A stretch of DNA of 63,770 nt, counting the filler, from Octopus bimaculoides (taxonomy: Eukaryota), in the NCBI RefSeq assembly GCF_001194135.2. It is 4 parts of 4 records of this genome, joined end to end, with 100 filler letters (N's around TTAATTAATTAA, not from the genome) between each part and the next. Parts side by side here need not be neighbours in the genome. Positions count along the whole stretch, not along the records: positions 11,261 to 35,851 come from NC_068995.1; 3 more parts are not named here. The stretch is one strand, 5' to 3'. Made by a program: the position numbers and the translations under genes. Under the pieces are notes generated by a model. That model was not told where the DNA came from and did no database searches. It worked only from the letters and a program-made list of their open reading frames with translations. Positions within the stretch are counted from its first letter, which is position 1. Each line of letters starts with the position of its first letter. Shown piece by piece: positions 11,857-25,334 of the stretch.

Positions 11857-13125
11857 NNNNNNNNNNNNNNNNNNNNNNNNNNNNNNNNNNNNNNNNNNNN
11901 NNNNNNNNNNNNNNNNNNNNNNNNNNNNNNNNNNNNNNNNNNNNNNNNNNNNNNNNNNNNNNNNNNNNNNNNNNNNNNNNNNNNNNNNNNNNNNNNNNNN
12001 NNNNNNNNNNNNNNNNNNNNNNNNNNNNNNNNNNNNNNNNNNNNNNNNNNNNNNNNNNNNNNNNNNNNNNNNNNNNNNNNNNNNNNNNNNNNNNNNNNNN
12101 NNNNNNNNNNNNNNNNNNNNNNNNNNNNNNNNNNNNNNNNNNNNNNNNNNNNNNNNNNNNNNNNNNNNNNNNNNNNNNNNNNNNNNNNNNNNNNNNNNNN
12201 NNNNNNNNNNNNNNNNNNNNNNNNNNNNNNNNNNNNNNNNNNNNNNNNNNNNNNNNNNNNNNNNNNNNNNNNNNNNNNNNNNNNNNNNNNNNNNNNNNNN
12301 NNNNNNNNNNNNNNNNNNNNNNNNNNNNNNNNNNNNNNNNNNNNNNNNNNNNNNNNNNNNNNNNNNNNNNNNNNNNNNNNNNNNNNNNNNNNNNNNNNNN
12401 NNNNNNNNNNNNNNNNNNNNNNNNNNNNNNNNNNNNNNNNNNNNNNNNNNNNNNNNNNNNNNNNNNNTATATATATATATATATGTATGTATGTATGTTT
12501 GTATGTATGTATGCATGTATAAATAGATAGATAGATAGATAGAAATTAATGAATAAATTTACAATAGTTATACATGCGTATACATCCGTGTGTCCATCTT
12601 TGTATGTGCATATTTAAGAGTTAGCTTGACTGTATATGTGTGCGCGAGCGCATCTCTATGTGTGTGTATGTGTGTGCGTGTATATGTGTGCGTGCGTGTG
12701 TTTGGTTGAAATTTCCAGTGTGGTGGAACGAGATTCCTTTTGGGTAGAGGCTAGGAATCAGCAAAGTTGTGCAACAACAAATGCCATCAACAATATTGAT
12801 GAGACTCGAAATAAATGTCTGTTGTAATAGTTAAAAGTTAACAAGACAATCATTAGGACGTTGAACAGATGATGTTCGGAAGATGTCGAAAGGAAATTGC
12901 TTTGAAACAGCCCCACAAATGAATTAAAATGGAGAGCGGTGATAAAATGCACAAAACATTCGCTTTCGTTAACATCTCGCCCAATACTGCAGATATGTGA
13001 TGTAATGCATCAATAGATTGCATATATGTATGTATGTAGGTATATTTGCATGTCTGATGTTTGTACGTACGTATATATATAAGTGTTTTTGTATGTATGT
13101 ATGTAGAGATATATGTATGCATATG

Positions 13126-13178
<53 letters not shown>

Positions 13179-13504
13179 GCATATATGTATGCATATGTGG
13201 ATGTATATATAAGCATTTCTGTACACCTTCAATAAACACTAGCTATATTCACATAAGTAGGCAGGGTTTTATAAGCACACACGTATCGTAGATATACACA
13301 TGCATATGCAAGTCGGTTAGTAGATACATTCATATATTATACATGCACACATGCATATATACTTACACACACACACACACACACACGCATACAGACACGT
13401 GCTCACACATGCACACGCATATACATATATGTATATATATATATATATATATAGTATACATATGCATATATATATATATAAATATACATACATATACATA
13501 TATG

Positions 13505-13553
<49 letters not shown>

Positions 13554-13978
13554 NNNNNNNNNNAGACTATCGACACAATTACAACAAATGTGTGTGTGTG
13601 TGTAAATACATATACATATATATATATACGTATATATTTACATGCATGCATACATACACACACAGATATATATATATGTATATGTATTTACACACACACA
13701 CACATTTGTTGTAATTGTGTCGATAGTCTGGATAGGATATGGTGTAAATTGCATTTTATAAGACAGGAAGAACAAATCTATCGATACTTCCGCTTTCGGT
13801 GTTGTTATGCATTTCAGCGTACGCCATCTTGTATGTTTACCAATATGAAGATCGTCGTTGTTGTTGCTCTCGTTGTAATTGATGTTCTTGTTGTTTATAT
13901 TGTTATTGTTGTTATTATTATTATTACTATTATTATTATTATTACTATTATTATTATTATTACTATTATTATTATTAC

Positions 13979-14030
<52 letters not shown>

Positions 14031-14505
14031 GAGTGAGAGCAATGCACGCCATCAAAGTGACAGTGGGGTAAAATATACGAAGTCCAGTATACTCATCATG
14101 ACTACCCGTCTGATAAGGGTTCACGAGGCACATGCATCACAACCACATGTGTGTGACATAGTGAGCTTATATGAGATGAGCAACGCATCACCTGGCAGGT
14201 GGGACCCAGTTAGAACTTTCTTCAGGTTGAGTAGCCCATTCCGTTCAAAAGGTCCCTGAATAAAGGTTGTTTAAGGATGTTTCCAAAAGATGAATTATCC
14301 AAACCCCAAAGAATTCCTCTCAACACATGGCTATGATTCTCTCCCCACTACTTCTGCTCGTGACCAGAGATGCACATATCGTCCGTCATTAAGGGACATG
14401 CTCAACTGGCCATGGTCAAACAATTGACAAGCAAATCTGTGGTATTGAGCAAAATATTTGTTGTAGCCCATCTTTTATACCAAGACAAAACAATGTACAT
14501 GATAA
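14031..14505. mobile_element. ~470-bp non-coding element embedded in (ATT)n
   Basis: Block of complex sequence with sharp edges, bounded by (ATT)n arrays at 13915-14030 and 14505-14620. Confidence 0.5.
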
Positions 14506-14518
14506 CAATTATTATTAC

Positions 14519-14555
<37 letters not shown>

Positions 14556-15563
14556 ACTATTATTATTATTGTTATTGTTGATGCTATTATTACTATTATT
14601 ATTATTATTATTATTATTATNNNNNNNNNNNNNNNNNNNNNNNNNNNNNNNNNNNNNNNNNNNNNNNNNNNNNNNNNNNNNNNNNNNNNNNNNNNNNNNN
14701 NNNNNNNNNNNNNNNNNNNNNNNNNNNNNNNNNNNNNNNNNNNNNNNNNNNNNNNNNNNNNNNNNNNNNNNNNNNNNNNNNNNNNNNNNNNNNNNNNNNN
14801 NNNNNNNNNNNNNNNNNNNNNNNNNNNNNNNNNNNNNNNNNNNNNNNNNNNNNNNNNNNNNNNNNNNNNNNNNNNNNNNNNNNNNNNNNNNNNNNNNNNN
14901 NNNNNNNNNNNNNNNNNNNNNNNNNNNNNNNNNNNNNNNNNNNNNNNNNNNNNNNNNNNNNNNNNNNNNNNNNNNNNNNNNNNNNNNNNNNNNNNNNNNN
15001 NNNNNNNNNNNNNNNNNNNNNNNNNNNNNNNNNNNNNNNNNNNNNNNNNNNNNNNNNNNNNNNNNNNNNNNNNNNNNNNNNNNNNNNNNNNNNNNNNNNN
15101 NNNNNNNNNNNNNNNNNNNNNNNNNNNNNNNNNNNNNNNNNNNNNNNNNNNNNNNNNNNNNNNNNNNNNNNNNNNNNNNNNNNNNNNNNNNNNNNNNNNN
15201 NNNNNNNNNNNNNNNNNNNNNNNNNNNNNNNNNNNNNNNNNNNNNNNNNNNNNNNNNNNNNNNNNNNNNNNNNNNNNNNNNNNNNNNNNNNNNNNNNNNN
15301 NNNNNNNNNNNNNNNNNNNNNNNNNNNNNNNNNNNNNNNNNNNNNNNNNNNNNNNNNNNNNNNNNNNNNNNNNNNNNNNNNNNNNNNNNNNNNNNNNNNN
15401 NNNNNNNNNNNNNNNNNNNNNNNNNNNNNNNNNNNNNNNNNNNNNNNNNNNNNNNNNNNNNNNNNNNNNNNNNNNNNNNNNNNNNNNNNNNNNNNNNNNN
15501 NNNNNNNNNNNNNNNNNNNNNNNNNNNNNNNNNNNNNNNNNNNNNNNNNNNNNNNNNNNGGTG

Positions 15564-15635
<72 letters not shown>

Positions 15636-17074
15636 ATTGCTGTTGTTGTAGTATTGATTGCGGCACGAGTGCTCGTACGTGCAATACAACAAAGTTTTAA
15701 GACAGTCCCGAATATAATGGCTCATTTCTTCTGGTTCAGAAAATATTGCAGTTCCTACCCCATCCCCATGACAGCTGTTGATACTCCACGTGGTTAAAAT
15801 GAAAGCTCACAATGGAGAAGCGCTCCAACATCTGGGATATCGCTGCTGCTATGAACACATCCTGGATCCCATCGATAGCACTCGACTGATTGATATCCAA
15901 TCACTAACAAACACAATACACCTCCTTGTACACTGTTGCTGAGTTGATCTCTTACTGCTACCACTAATCAGTTGTCCTAACCCACTGGTTTCTCCTCCTC
16001 CCGTCACTGATTTTGTGACCAATCTCTTGGCCTGCACTAACCACTTATACCAACCCTTCTTCCCCAGAACTTGTAGGGTCATCCACCAACATCCCAGTGG
16101 AAGCCACAGGCAAAATTGAGTAATTGCAACCCCTATTGCACTACTATCCCACCATCTCTTATCCCGAACCCTATTGCACCGAAAGACTCCCTGGTAACAT
16201 CTTGCAATCTGGGTGGATTAGCAAATTTACAGACTTCTTGTGTTGGTTTTTTTTAATATCCTTGTATTGTATATATAATTTAACAAAGCAAGGGCGAAAT
16301 AAAGTATTAGTATGACGCACTACTATTACTATTACACGAGACTAAACGCTCTATATCACGGCTCACAGTGAACTGCTTACCAACCCGAACCGCCAATCAC
16401 TCACAGTTCTTTAATTTATAACGATGAGTCAGTTCACATTTAGTTACTTGGCGGGTGGTCGGAATCCTTCTACAGTTGTGTTTTTCAAAACTTAAGACCC
16501 CTGCCAATTCGATTATGCACTGCATCACCTCCGGTAATCCAGGCGACTTTGACCCCCGCAGCCCCAAAGTTGTCTTGTGGGAGAGTCCACACTCTTTTCC
16601 TTGAACGTCTGTTGGGCTCTCTCATCCTATTTTAGAGGTAGTGATGGTGGTGTGTACGACATTTTTATAAACATTTAAAGCAGTCTTGTTATTTTATTTC
16701 CGAGAAGATTTCGAACGCGGGATATTCTCTTCCTAAATCCTATTTGGTTTCGTCTGGATCTTCTTGCAAAATTTCGTAAAGATACGTTCAGAAAAGATGT
16801 CTCTTGTTTCAAGATGAACAATCTGTTACGCTTGTATGTATGTATGTATGTATGTATGTATGTATGTATGTATGTATGTTCTCTTTCTCTTTTTAATTTT
16901 GAGTAAATTTGGATCAGCATGCTAGTGAGGTTGTGAAGGAAGGTGTCTTGTTTTAACCATCATCCTTTCAATATTAAGAAGGTCTTGTAGACTTTTATGG
17001 TCCGAATAATCGCGATCAGTTGCCGCATATCAATTAAGGATTTGCATTCTCTCTCCCCAAGATCCTATACTGTT

Positions 17075-17376
17075 GCCCTGGAAATAGAGGTAACTCGAAT
17101 GTGGAATCTAAAAACAGAAACAATTCCTATTATAGTAGGTGCCTTAGGTATAATAAAAAAATATTCAGACAAATACATAACAAAAACACCAGGACTTACA
17201 AATATATATAACATACAGAAAATTGCACTACTGGGCACAGAACACATCCTACGCAAAACACTTTCAATACAGTAACCATAAGAGCACCACAGCAAACCAC
17301 AGCACATACCCAAGGCGCACAGAGCTGCGCTCGGTAGTGAAGTGAAAGCACGTTATAAAAATAAAACTACTGAATG
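17075..17376 (+). mobile_element. RLE-type (R4/Dong-like) LINE 3' end followed by (TAA)n
   Basis: LEIEVTRMWNLKTETIPIIVGALG...IQKIALLGTEHILRKTL is the restriction-like endonuclease C-terminus; a short 3' UTR leads directly into (TAA)n at 17377-17452. Confidence 0.85.
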
Positions 17377-17440
<64 letters not shown>

Positions 17441-18699
17441 TAATAATAATAGGTATGAAGATGAAAATGTACCTTGAGAACAGGATTTGCAAACTCCTTC
17501 GTAATGGTCCATAGATGTTCTCTTTCTCTTGTATTTTTCTAATCACATTCGTGTCCAGAGGGCAGCTGATTTCCATAAAAGAACATATCTTTTATTCGTG
17601 GTCCTATGCATGCATGTATGTATGTATGTATGTATGTATGTATGTATGTATGTGAATTTATATATGTTTATATATGTGTGTGTGTGTGTGTGTGTATGTA
17701 CAAATATTCATACATATGTAAACATACATATATATTTATAGATAGAGACGCATTCATATTCATATATATGTGTGTGTATATATGTATGCTCGTATATGTA
17801 CGTGTGTATGTGCATGTATGTACGTATATCTTCACGAAGAATGCATAACAAATGAAATAGATGCCAGAACAGGTTCGATACCAGCGTCTATTCTGGCAAT
17901 GTCAATCTATATACGTGCTGGCGGGGCGATGAATCACTGCTACGTCTAGCAGTCGAGTGTCTATCATTGATAAGACCAAACAAGGTCGAAATCCCATGAT
18001 CTGGTGGTCTTGGTGCTGGAGGTAGCGAGGACTTATCTCCCCGGTAGCGATTTAAACAAGAGTGAATTTTGCAACGAAAAGAGCCAATATTAGAGTTTCT
18101 CTCATGGTATCCACCACAGTATAGCTTGTTCTTACGGAACATCCACGTTTAAGAGAATATAAATATTACTTCGCAGTATTAATACTGCTTCTGTCACTAG
18201 TATAGAAATGAAATAGATATTTAAAAAAAAAATAATAATCCTTTCCAATCATGGGAACTATCAGTGATATTATTGTATTAAGCCCCACGCGAATTTGAGG
18301 CCATATGTAATGCAACTACTTTGTAAGCTATAATAGAATATTGTAAAATATTTTTCATTATAATTGCTGTTGTTGTTGCTGCGACTATTGTTGTTGTTGG
18401 TGTTGCTGTTGTTATGTTGTTTCCTTCTTTTTTAGTTTTATTTTTTAAACTTTTTTAATCCTAAAGATATCAGTAACGATTGCGTAAAATATAAATTAAG
18501 TATTTGGTAATAATATTTCTTCCCATCTCCTCATTTTAGCTAATTTAACTCAATTAACCAAGCTAATATAACGTCTGGTTTCACATAATTAATCTTTTAG
18601 CACCAGCGTACAAGAAATATTTAAAAGTGTAAATAAATGAAAAAGAAAATATGAAAAGAAAAAAAAGTCCATAATGCAGATGATAAAAGCAATAAGAAC

Positions 18700-18755
18700 A
18701 AAATCGACATTAATGATAACAACAACAACAACAATAGTAATAATGATAATAATAA

Positions 18756-18794
<39 letters not shown>

Positions 18795-18859
18795 TAACAA
18801 TAATAATAATAACAACAACAACAATAACAACAACAAAAACAATGACAATAGTAATAATG

Positions 18860-18929
<70 letters not shown>

Positions 18930-19160
18930 TAATAATAATAATAATGACAACAACAACAACAATAGTAATAACAATAAAAACAATAATGATAGCAGCAGCA
19001 GCAGCAACAACTACAACAACAACAACAACAATAATAACAGCAACAATGATAATAATAATAATGATATTCACGAGTGTGATGGTGATGACGATAATGATGA
19101 TGATGATGAGGATTTTGTTGATGAAGAAGCTGATGATGTTGACGGTGATGATGGGGTGAA
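18700..19160. repeat. Compound (TAA)/(CAA)/(GAT) microsatellite
   Basis: Direct observation; the source of the poly-I/L/N ORFs. Confidence 0.95.
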
Positions 19161-20616
19161 AACGAAAGTAAACAATATGGCTGCTATATTAGCGGTTGTC
19201 GTTAATGTTGCTTTTAGTTACAGGTTTACGACTGTTTTTGTCATCAACGGTGGCCATATTGTCATATCGTGAAAACGTTGCTGTCATTATGATAATATGC
19301 TTGCTAAATGCAACCGACGATAAATGCTAAAATACACTTAGTCTATCAAGCATATACATTTACAAACACGCATAAATATATATATATATATATATATACA
19401 CTCATATATATATACATGTATATATATATANNNNNNNNNNNNNNNNNNNNNNNNNNNNNNNNNNNNNNNNNNNNNNNNNNNNNNNNNNNNNNNNNNNNNN
19501 NNNNNNNNNNNNNNNNNNNNNNNNNNNNNNNNNNNNNNNNNNNNNNNNNNNNNNNNNNNNNNNNNNNNNNNNNNNNNNNNNNNNNNNNNNNNNNNNNNNN
19601 NNNNNNNNNNNNNNNNNNNNNNNNNNNNNNNNNNNNNNNNNNNNNNNNNNNNNNNNNNNNNNNNNNNNNNNNNNNNNNNNNNNNNNNNNNNNNNNNNNNN
19701 NNNNNNNNNNNNNNNNNNNNNNNNNNNNNNNNNNNNNNNNNNNNNNNNNNNNNNNNNNNNNNNNNNNNNNNNNNNNNNNNNNNNNNNNNNNNNNNNNNNN
19801 NNNNNNNNNNNNNNNNNNNNNNNNNNNNNNNNNNNNNNNNNNNNNNNNNNNNNNNNNNNNNNNNNNNNNNNNNNNNNNNNNNNNNNNNNNNNNNNNNNNN
19901 NNNNNNNNNNNNNNNNNNNNNNNNNNNNNNNNNNNNNNNNNNNNNNNNNNNNNNNNTGTGTGTGTGTGTGTGTGTGTGTATGTGTGTGTGTGTGTGTGTA
20001 CGTGCGTATTTTCTCCGTGGTAGTATGTATGAGTTTGTGTGCATGTATTTGTGCGACCATCTAATACACCAGTTAAATGCTTATCCTGGTTTTATGGAGA
20101 TATCCCAATATAACTGGAATTTTCCTCAGTAGATTTTTTCTCTCTAAGTTAGTAGTTTCCAGTTCAATTCCACATTTCTGCTTCACATTCTCTGAGGATG
20201 ATTTACATTCATTCAAAAATATGTATCAGTAACTATTCATGTGGGGAGATTTGGTTGTTATTTCTAACCAAGGCGGTCTGAAGGAAAGTAAATAGGCATG
20301 GCAATGTGATTAAGGAGGTCGCTCAGTATCTACATATATGTATATGTGTGTATGTTTGTGCGTCTATGTTTGTCCCCCACCATCGCTTGACAACCGATGT
20401 TGGTGCGTGTACGCCGCGAAAAATGCTTAGCGGTATTTCGTCCATCTTTACGTTTTCAGTTCAAATTCCGCCGAGGTCCACTTTGCTTTTAATCCTTTCA
20501 GGGTCGATATAATAAGTACCACTTAATGGATAAGTAAGGTCGATGTGGTCGACTCAGCCCCTCTCTTTTAATTGCTGACCTTGTACCAATATTTTAAACT
20601 AATACATAAATGATAT

Positions 20617-20810
20617 AAGGCGGCGAGCTGGTAGAACCATTAGCACGCTGGGTAAAATGTTCAGCGGCGTTTCGTTCGTCCTTACGTTCTGAGTTCAAAT
20701 TCTGACGAGGTCGACTTTGCCTTTCAGCATTTCAGAGTCGATAGAATATGTACCAGTTGAATACTGGAGTCCCTCGAAATTGTTGGGCTTGTGTTAAAAT
20801 TTGAAACCAA
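20617..20810 (+). mobile_element. SINE family B
   Basis: aaggcggcgagctgg...gagttcaaattctgacgaggtcgactttgcc. Confidence 0.82.
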
Positions 20811-20844
20811 TACATAACTAGGATATAATTCTCTCTCCCCTGGT

Positions 20845-20990
20845 TCTGTGGTACGAAGCTTGCTTCCTAACCACACGGTTCCGGGTTCAGTCCCGCTGCG
20901 TGGCACCTTGTGAAAGTGTCTTCTGTAGCTTCGGGCCGACCTAAGCCTTGTGAATGGATTTAGTAGACGGAAACTGAAAGAAGCCCTTCG

Positions 20991-21037
<47 letters not shown>

Positions 21038-21245
21038 GTGTGTGTTTGTCCTCCTGCCACCCCTTGACAGCTGGTGCTGGTATGTTTACGTCCCCGTAAC
21101 CTAGCGGTTCGGCTAAGAGACTGATAGAATAAGTATAAGGCTTAAAAAAAAAAGAAACTTAAGTCTTGGGGTCGATTCATTCGACTAAAACCCTTCAAGG
21201 CTGTGCCCCAGCATGGCCGCAGTCAAATGACTAAAATAAGAATAA
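20845..21245 (+). mobile_element. SINE family A
   Basis: Full head-to-tail copy with internal microsatellite. Confidence 0.88.
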
Positions 21246-21526
21246 AAGATAGAAGGAAAATGTGGAAATAGGAGATTGAAAAGATTTGAACTCAGAACCC
21301 AGACAATGAATCCTGCGCTGCTAAACAGACGTTGACTCCTTTATTATGAAGGATGCTCACAATTTCTTTTAGGGGCCGCTGTCAAGTGATCCTTGATTGA
21401 GACATTGTATAGTTTGTCACTCCCTCTTAATACAGAAGTAAGTATGACTGACGCGTGTGTTTACTAAACAGAAGCAAAGCACAGACAAAATGACTGACAA
21501 GCATACACACAGAGAAGCAGTAAGAC

Positions 21527-21821
21527 GCGCCGCCGCCGCCGCCGCCGCCGCTGCTGCTGCTACTGCTGCTGCTGTTGTCGTCGTCGCCAGCACCGCCACC
21601 ACAGCAACACCCGCCCTTTATTTCAGTCCCTCTCTCTTGTCCTACCGATCTACGCCGAGGCCTGTATTTCTGGCCTACATTCTCTGTCTTTCGGACGAGC
21701 GTCGAGGAAGTAGATCACGATGGTGGTGGTGGTGGTGGTGGTGAAGATGGTGGAGGAGGAGGTGGCGGCGGCGTTGGTGGTGGTGGTGGTGGTGGTGAAG
21801 ATGGTGGAGGAGGAGGTGGCG
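21527..21821. repeat. (GCC)/(GCT) and (GGT)/(GGA) trinucleotide tracts
   Basis: Direct observation; runs into a gap. Confidence 0.9.
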
Positions 21822-22854
21822 NNNNNNNNNNNNNNNNNNNNNNNNNNNNNNNNNNNNNNNNNNNNNNNNNNNNNNNNNNNNNNNNNNNNNNNNNNNNNNN
21901 NNNNNNNNNNNNNNNNNNNNNNNNNNNNNNNNNNNNNNNNNNNNNNNNNNNNNNNNNNNNNNNNNNNNNNNNNNNNNNNNNNNNNNNNNNNNNNNNNNNN
22001 NNNNNNNNNNNNNNNNNNNNNNNNNNNNNNNNNNNNNNNNNNNNNNNNNNNNNNNNNNNNNNNNNNNNNNNNNNNNNNNNNNNNNNNNNNNNNNNNNNNN
22101 NNNNNNNNNNNNNNNNNNNNNNNNNNNNNNNNNNNNNNNNNNNNNNNNNNNNNNNNNNNNNNNNNNNNNNNNNNNNNNNNNNNNNNNNNNNNNNNNNNNN
22201 NNNNNNNNNNNNNNNNNNNNNNNNNNNNNNNNNNNNNNNNNNNNNNNNNNNNNNNNNNNNNNNNNNNNNNNNNNNNNNNNNNNNNNNNNNNNNNNNNNNN
22301 NNNNNNNNNNNNNNNNNNNNNNNNNNNNNNNNNNNNNNNNNNNNNNNNNGCGTCGGAGGATAAGTTTACGAACTACTTACAATTTTTGTGAGACGCTGCG
22401 TTCAATCATGTAAAAACAAAAGTAAATGAGTATATGCATATATACGTACAGGTATGTGCATACCGACATCCACCTGTATGTATAGGTGCATATCTGGGTA
22501 CAGGACATTGCAAACAAACATATATATATATATATATATCAGTTAATGAATGACAAAAGTGCAGGGATTATGTCATCACCATCATTAGCTTACAGCTGTT
22601 TCTGCTTTAAGAAGCAAGGCGCTCAGAGTGTAGTGCTTGTGAAACATCCTACAGCTTCCTCGGAGCAATTAATATGAAGTCTATGTCCACTTCGGAGAGC
22701 ATTTAAATACATTTGAGGAAGCAATAGGATGTTACTCAAGACTTCTTTTTATAAGCTAATGAATTTCATTACATAATTCCTGTTCTTCTGCCTTTTATTA
22801 ATTCATATTGCGCTCTATACTCGTCTAACATTTTACTCTGAAGCTTATGTATTC

Positions 22855-23066
22855 TCTTTTCTTTTATTCTTTTACTTGTTTCAATCATTTGACTGCGGCC
22901 ATGCTGGGGCACCGCCTTTAGTCGAGCAAATCGACTCCAGGACTTATTCTTTATAAGCCTAGTACTTATTCCAACAGTCTCTTGTGCCGAACCGCTAAGG
23001 TATGGGGGCGTAAACGCACTAACATCGGTTGTCAAGCGATGGTGGGGGTGACAAATACAAACATAT

Positions 23067-23075
<9 letters not shown>
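22855..23075 (-). mobile_element. SINE family A 3' half
   Basis: ttttacttgtttcaatcatttgactgcggccatgctgg...tcggttgtcaagcgatgg. Confidence 0.85.
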
Positions 23076-23103
<28 letters not shown>

Positions 23104-23149
23104 TAAACACACACACACACACACGCACACACGCACATATATAGGAGGG

Positions 23150-23400
23150 GTATTGGTTCCAAATTTTCAATTTTGGTACAAAACCTGCAATTTCACGAAA
23201 GGGTCCAAGTCGATTATATCGATGAAAGTGTTCAGCTGGTATTTATTTTATCGATCTGAAAGGAATGAAAGGCAAAGTCGACCCTGGCGATTTTGAAATC
23301 AGAAACGTAAAGACAGGTGAAATGGCGCAGACAGATGAAATGACACTCAGCATTTTGCCCAGCATCACTAACGTTTCTGGCAGCTCACTTGCCTTGATAT
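23150..23400 (-). mobile_element. SINE family B
   Basis: Reverse complement: ggaatgaaaggcaaagtcgacc...tcagaaacgtaaagacag...cagctcac. Confidence 0.75.
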
Positions 23401-23419
23401 AGATGAACAATTGTTATGT

Positions 23420-23800
23420 CATCCATCCATCCATCCATCCATCCATCCATTCAACCATCCATCCATCCATCTATCCATCCACACAAATATTTGTTTGCAA
23501 ATACTTCTATGCTTACATACGCATATACAGTGGTTCACATATATGCACCTACATACATTCGTACATACATGGCGTATATGCATTCGTACATTCATGTACA
23601 AATACATACACATACATCTTATGCATACATACATGCATGCATACATACATCAATACATATATACGTGCAAGCATACGTGCATACATACATACATACATAC
23701 ATACATACATACATACATACACACATACATACATGCATGCATACATACATACATATATACATACATGTATACATATATACATGCATGCATATATACATGC
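23420..23800. repeat. (ATCC)n and degenerate (CATA)n microsatellites
   Basis: Direct observation. Confidence 0.9.
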
Positions 23801-23874
23801 ATGGATGATGGCCGTCCACTCGTGACCGAGGAAGATCATTGATGACCTTTAGGAACATTGTGTGCTCTAGGACT

Positions 23875-24340
23875 AACTTATATTTTGCATTTGCGGTTCC
23901 GTTCGTGGCTAATGAGCCCTGCTCTTGACAAGCATACACGACTGCAAACATTGCAGACCAAGCTTTCTTCATTCACTACACCAGCAGCGCACTTTCGAAC
24001 AACACACTTAAATTCTTCATGCAGAATACGTGCTCTCTCAAAGGTGTCGATCCCCTCCTTAACCTGCTTCTTCCATCTGTGACAATCACAGGCCTTGTGC
24101 TCCCAGTCGGTCTCCTGCATACTACAGGCCATTAATGAGAACTTGACACAGTCCTCAAATCGCAGCCTTGGTTTCTGCCGGGGTGGGGTCTCTTTCCACT
24201 AACAAGTTCCCCATATAGCATCTGTTTAGGGATCCTGTTATCCTTCATTCTAATAAGGTGGCCAGTCCAATGTAACCGGTGTTTGTGCACTATGGCCTGT
24301 GTACCGTGTATGTGTACTGAAATCTCTCCTTTACTCATGT
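23875..24340 (-). mobile_element. RTE-clade LINE 3' end
   Basis: RLHWTGHLIRMKDNRIPKQMLYGELVSGKR ... PRLRFEDCVK ... CNVCSRVCLSRAGLISHER, i.e. the RTE C-terminus with terminal zinc finger. Confidence 0.88.
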
Positions 24341-24524
24341 GAGACATGAACCCTTTACAAAGGGTCCTTGAACGCTTTCGTCAGAGACATCTGAGACTCT
24401 TTCTGAATGTTGGCTGGACCTTAAAAAACTCCAGACACACAGGTCCTGAGGAAAGCTGATATCTTGAATATTGAGACATGCATGGATACATCCATGTATA
24501 CATACAAACATACATACATACATA

Positions 24525-25010
24525 AACACCAACTCAAGGAATACTGGTGGAACATTCCCATCAAAACTTCTGTCAAATGTAAAGATAACACGTAGGATAT
24601 TGATGTTTGGGACAGAGGGGCAAAGGTATGTACCTTCATAGAGGTCAGCTGCCATGCAGATATAAATGTCTCTTTGAGAAAAAGAGCATATCTATATCCA
24701 ACTTCTATATCCAGACTATGAATTCATATTCATACCAATAATAATTGGAGCACTAGGTTTTGTTAGAAAATGCCTAAAGGAGAATCTGGATAAACTGGGA
24801 TTTTCAGAAAGAGAAATCGACTAATTCGTACATTACAAGTGCAATCTGTGAGTGGAACAGTAAAAATATGAAAGACTTTCTTCAAGTTCCAAATGTCAAT
24901 AAGTCTGTGTTAACTATATCCCAAAGATGGATCCCTGTGTCTTTGTTGGAAATCGGCTTCCTCCTCAGTGGAAGATTTATAATAATTAAAAAATAGCAGA
25001 GATATACATG
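24525..25010 (+). mobile_element. RLE-type LINE 3' end, flanked by (CATA)n
   Basis: EYWWNIPIKT...VWDRGAKVCTFIEVSCHADIN...LLYPDYEFIFIPIIIGALG...LDKLGFS, with (CATA)n on both sides. Confidence 0.82.
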
Positions 25011-25052
25011 CATACGTACATGCATACATACATACATACATTCATACATACA

Positions 25053-25084
<32 letters not shown>

Positions 25085-25280
25085 CACACACACATATATG
25101 TAAAGGGTGTGCCGTATTCATTCATACATCACGTTTGAAGTAATTTGTCGACGCAGTGGGAAAGGGAAGACGAAACAAGAAGACCAAGGGTAAAGAAGAC
25201 GGATAACGAAGTAGTAGTAGTAATATTATTATAATTATCATTATTATTATTATTATTACTATTATTATTATTATTATTAT

Positions 25281-25334
<54 letters not shown>

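Noticed and set aside
15720-16220. Possible Gypsy gag fossil
   Set aside because: Only a vague compositional resemblance, with many stops and no diagnostic motif.
21575-21821. Gly-rich protein
   Set aside because: GGT/GGA microsatellite running into a gap, with no unique coding flank.
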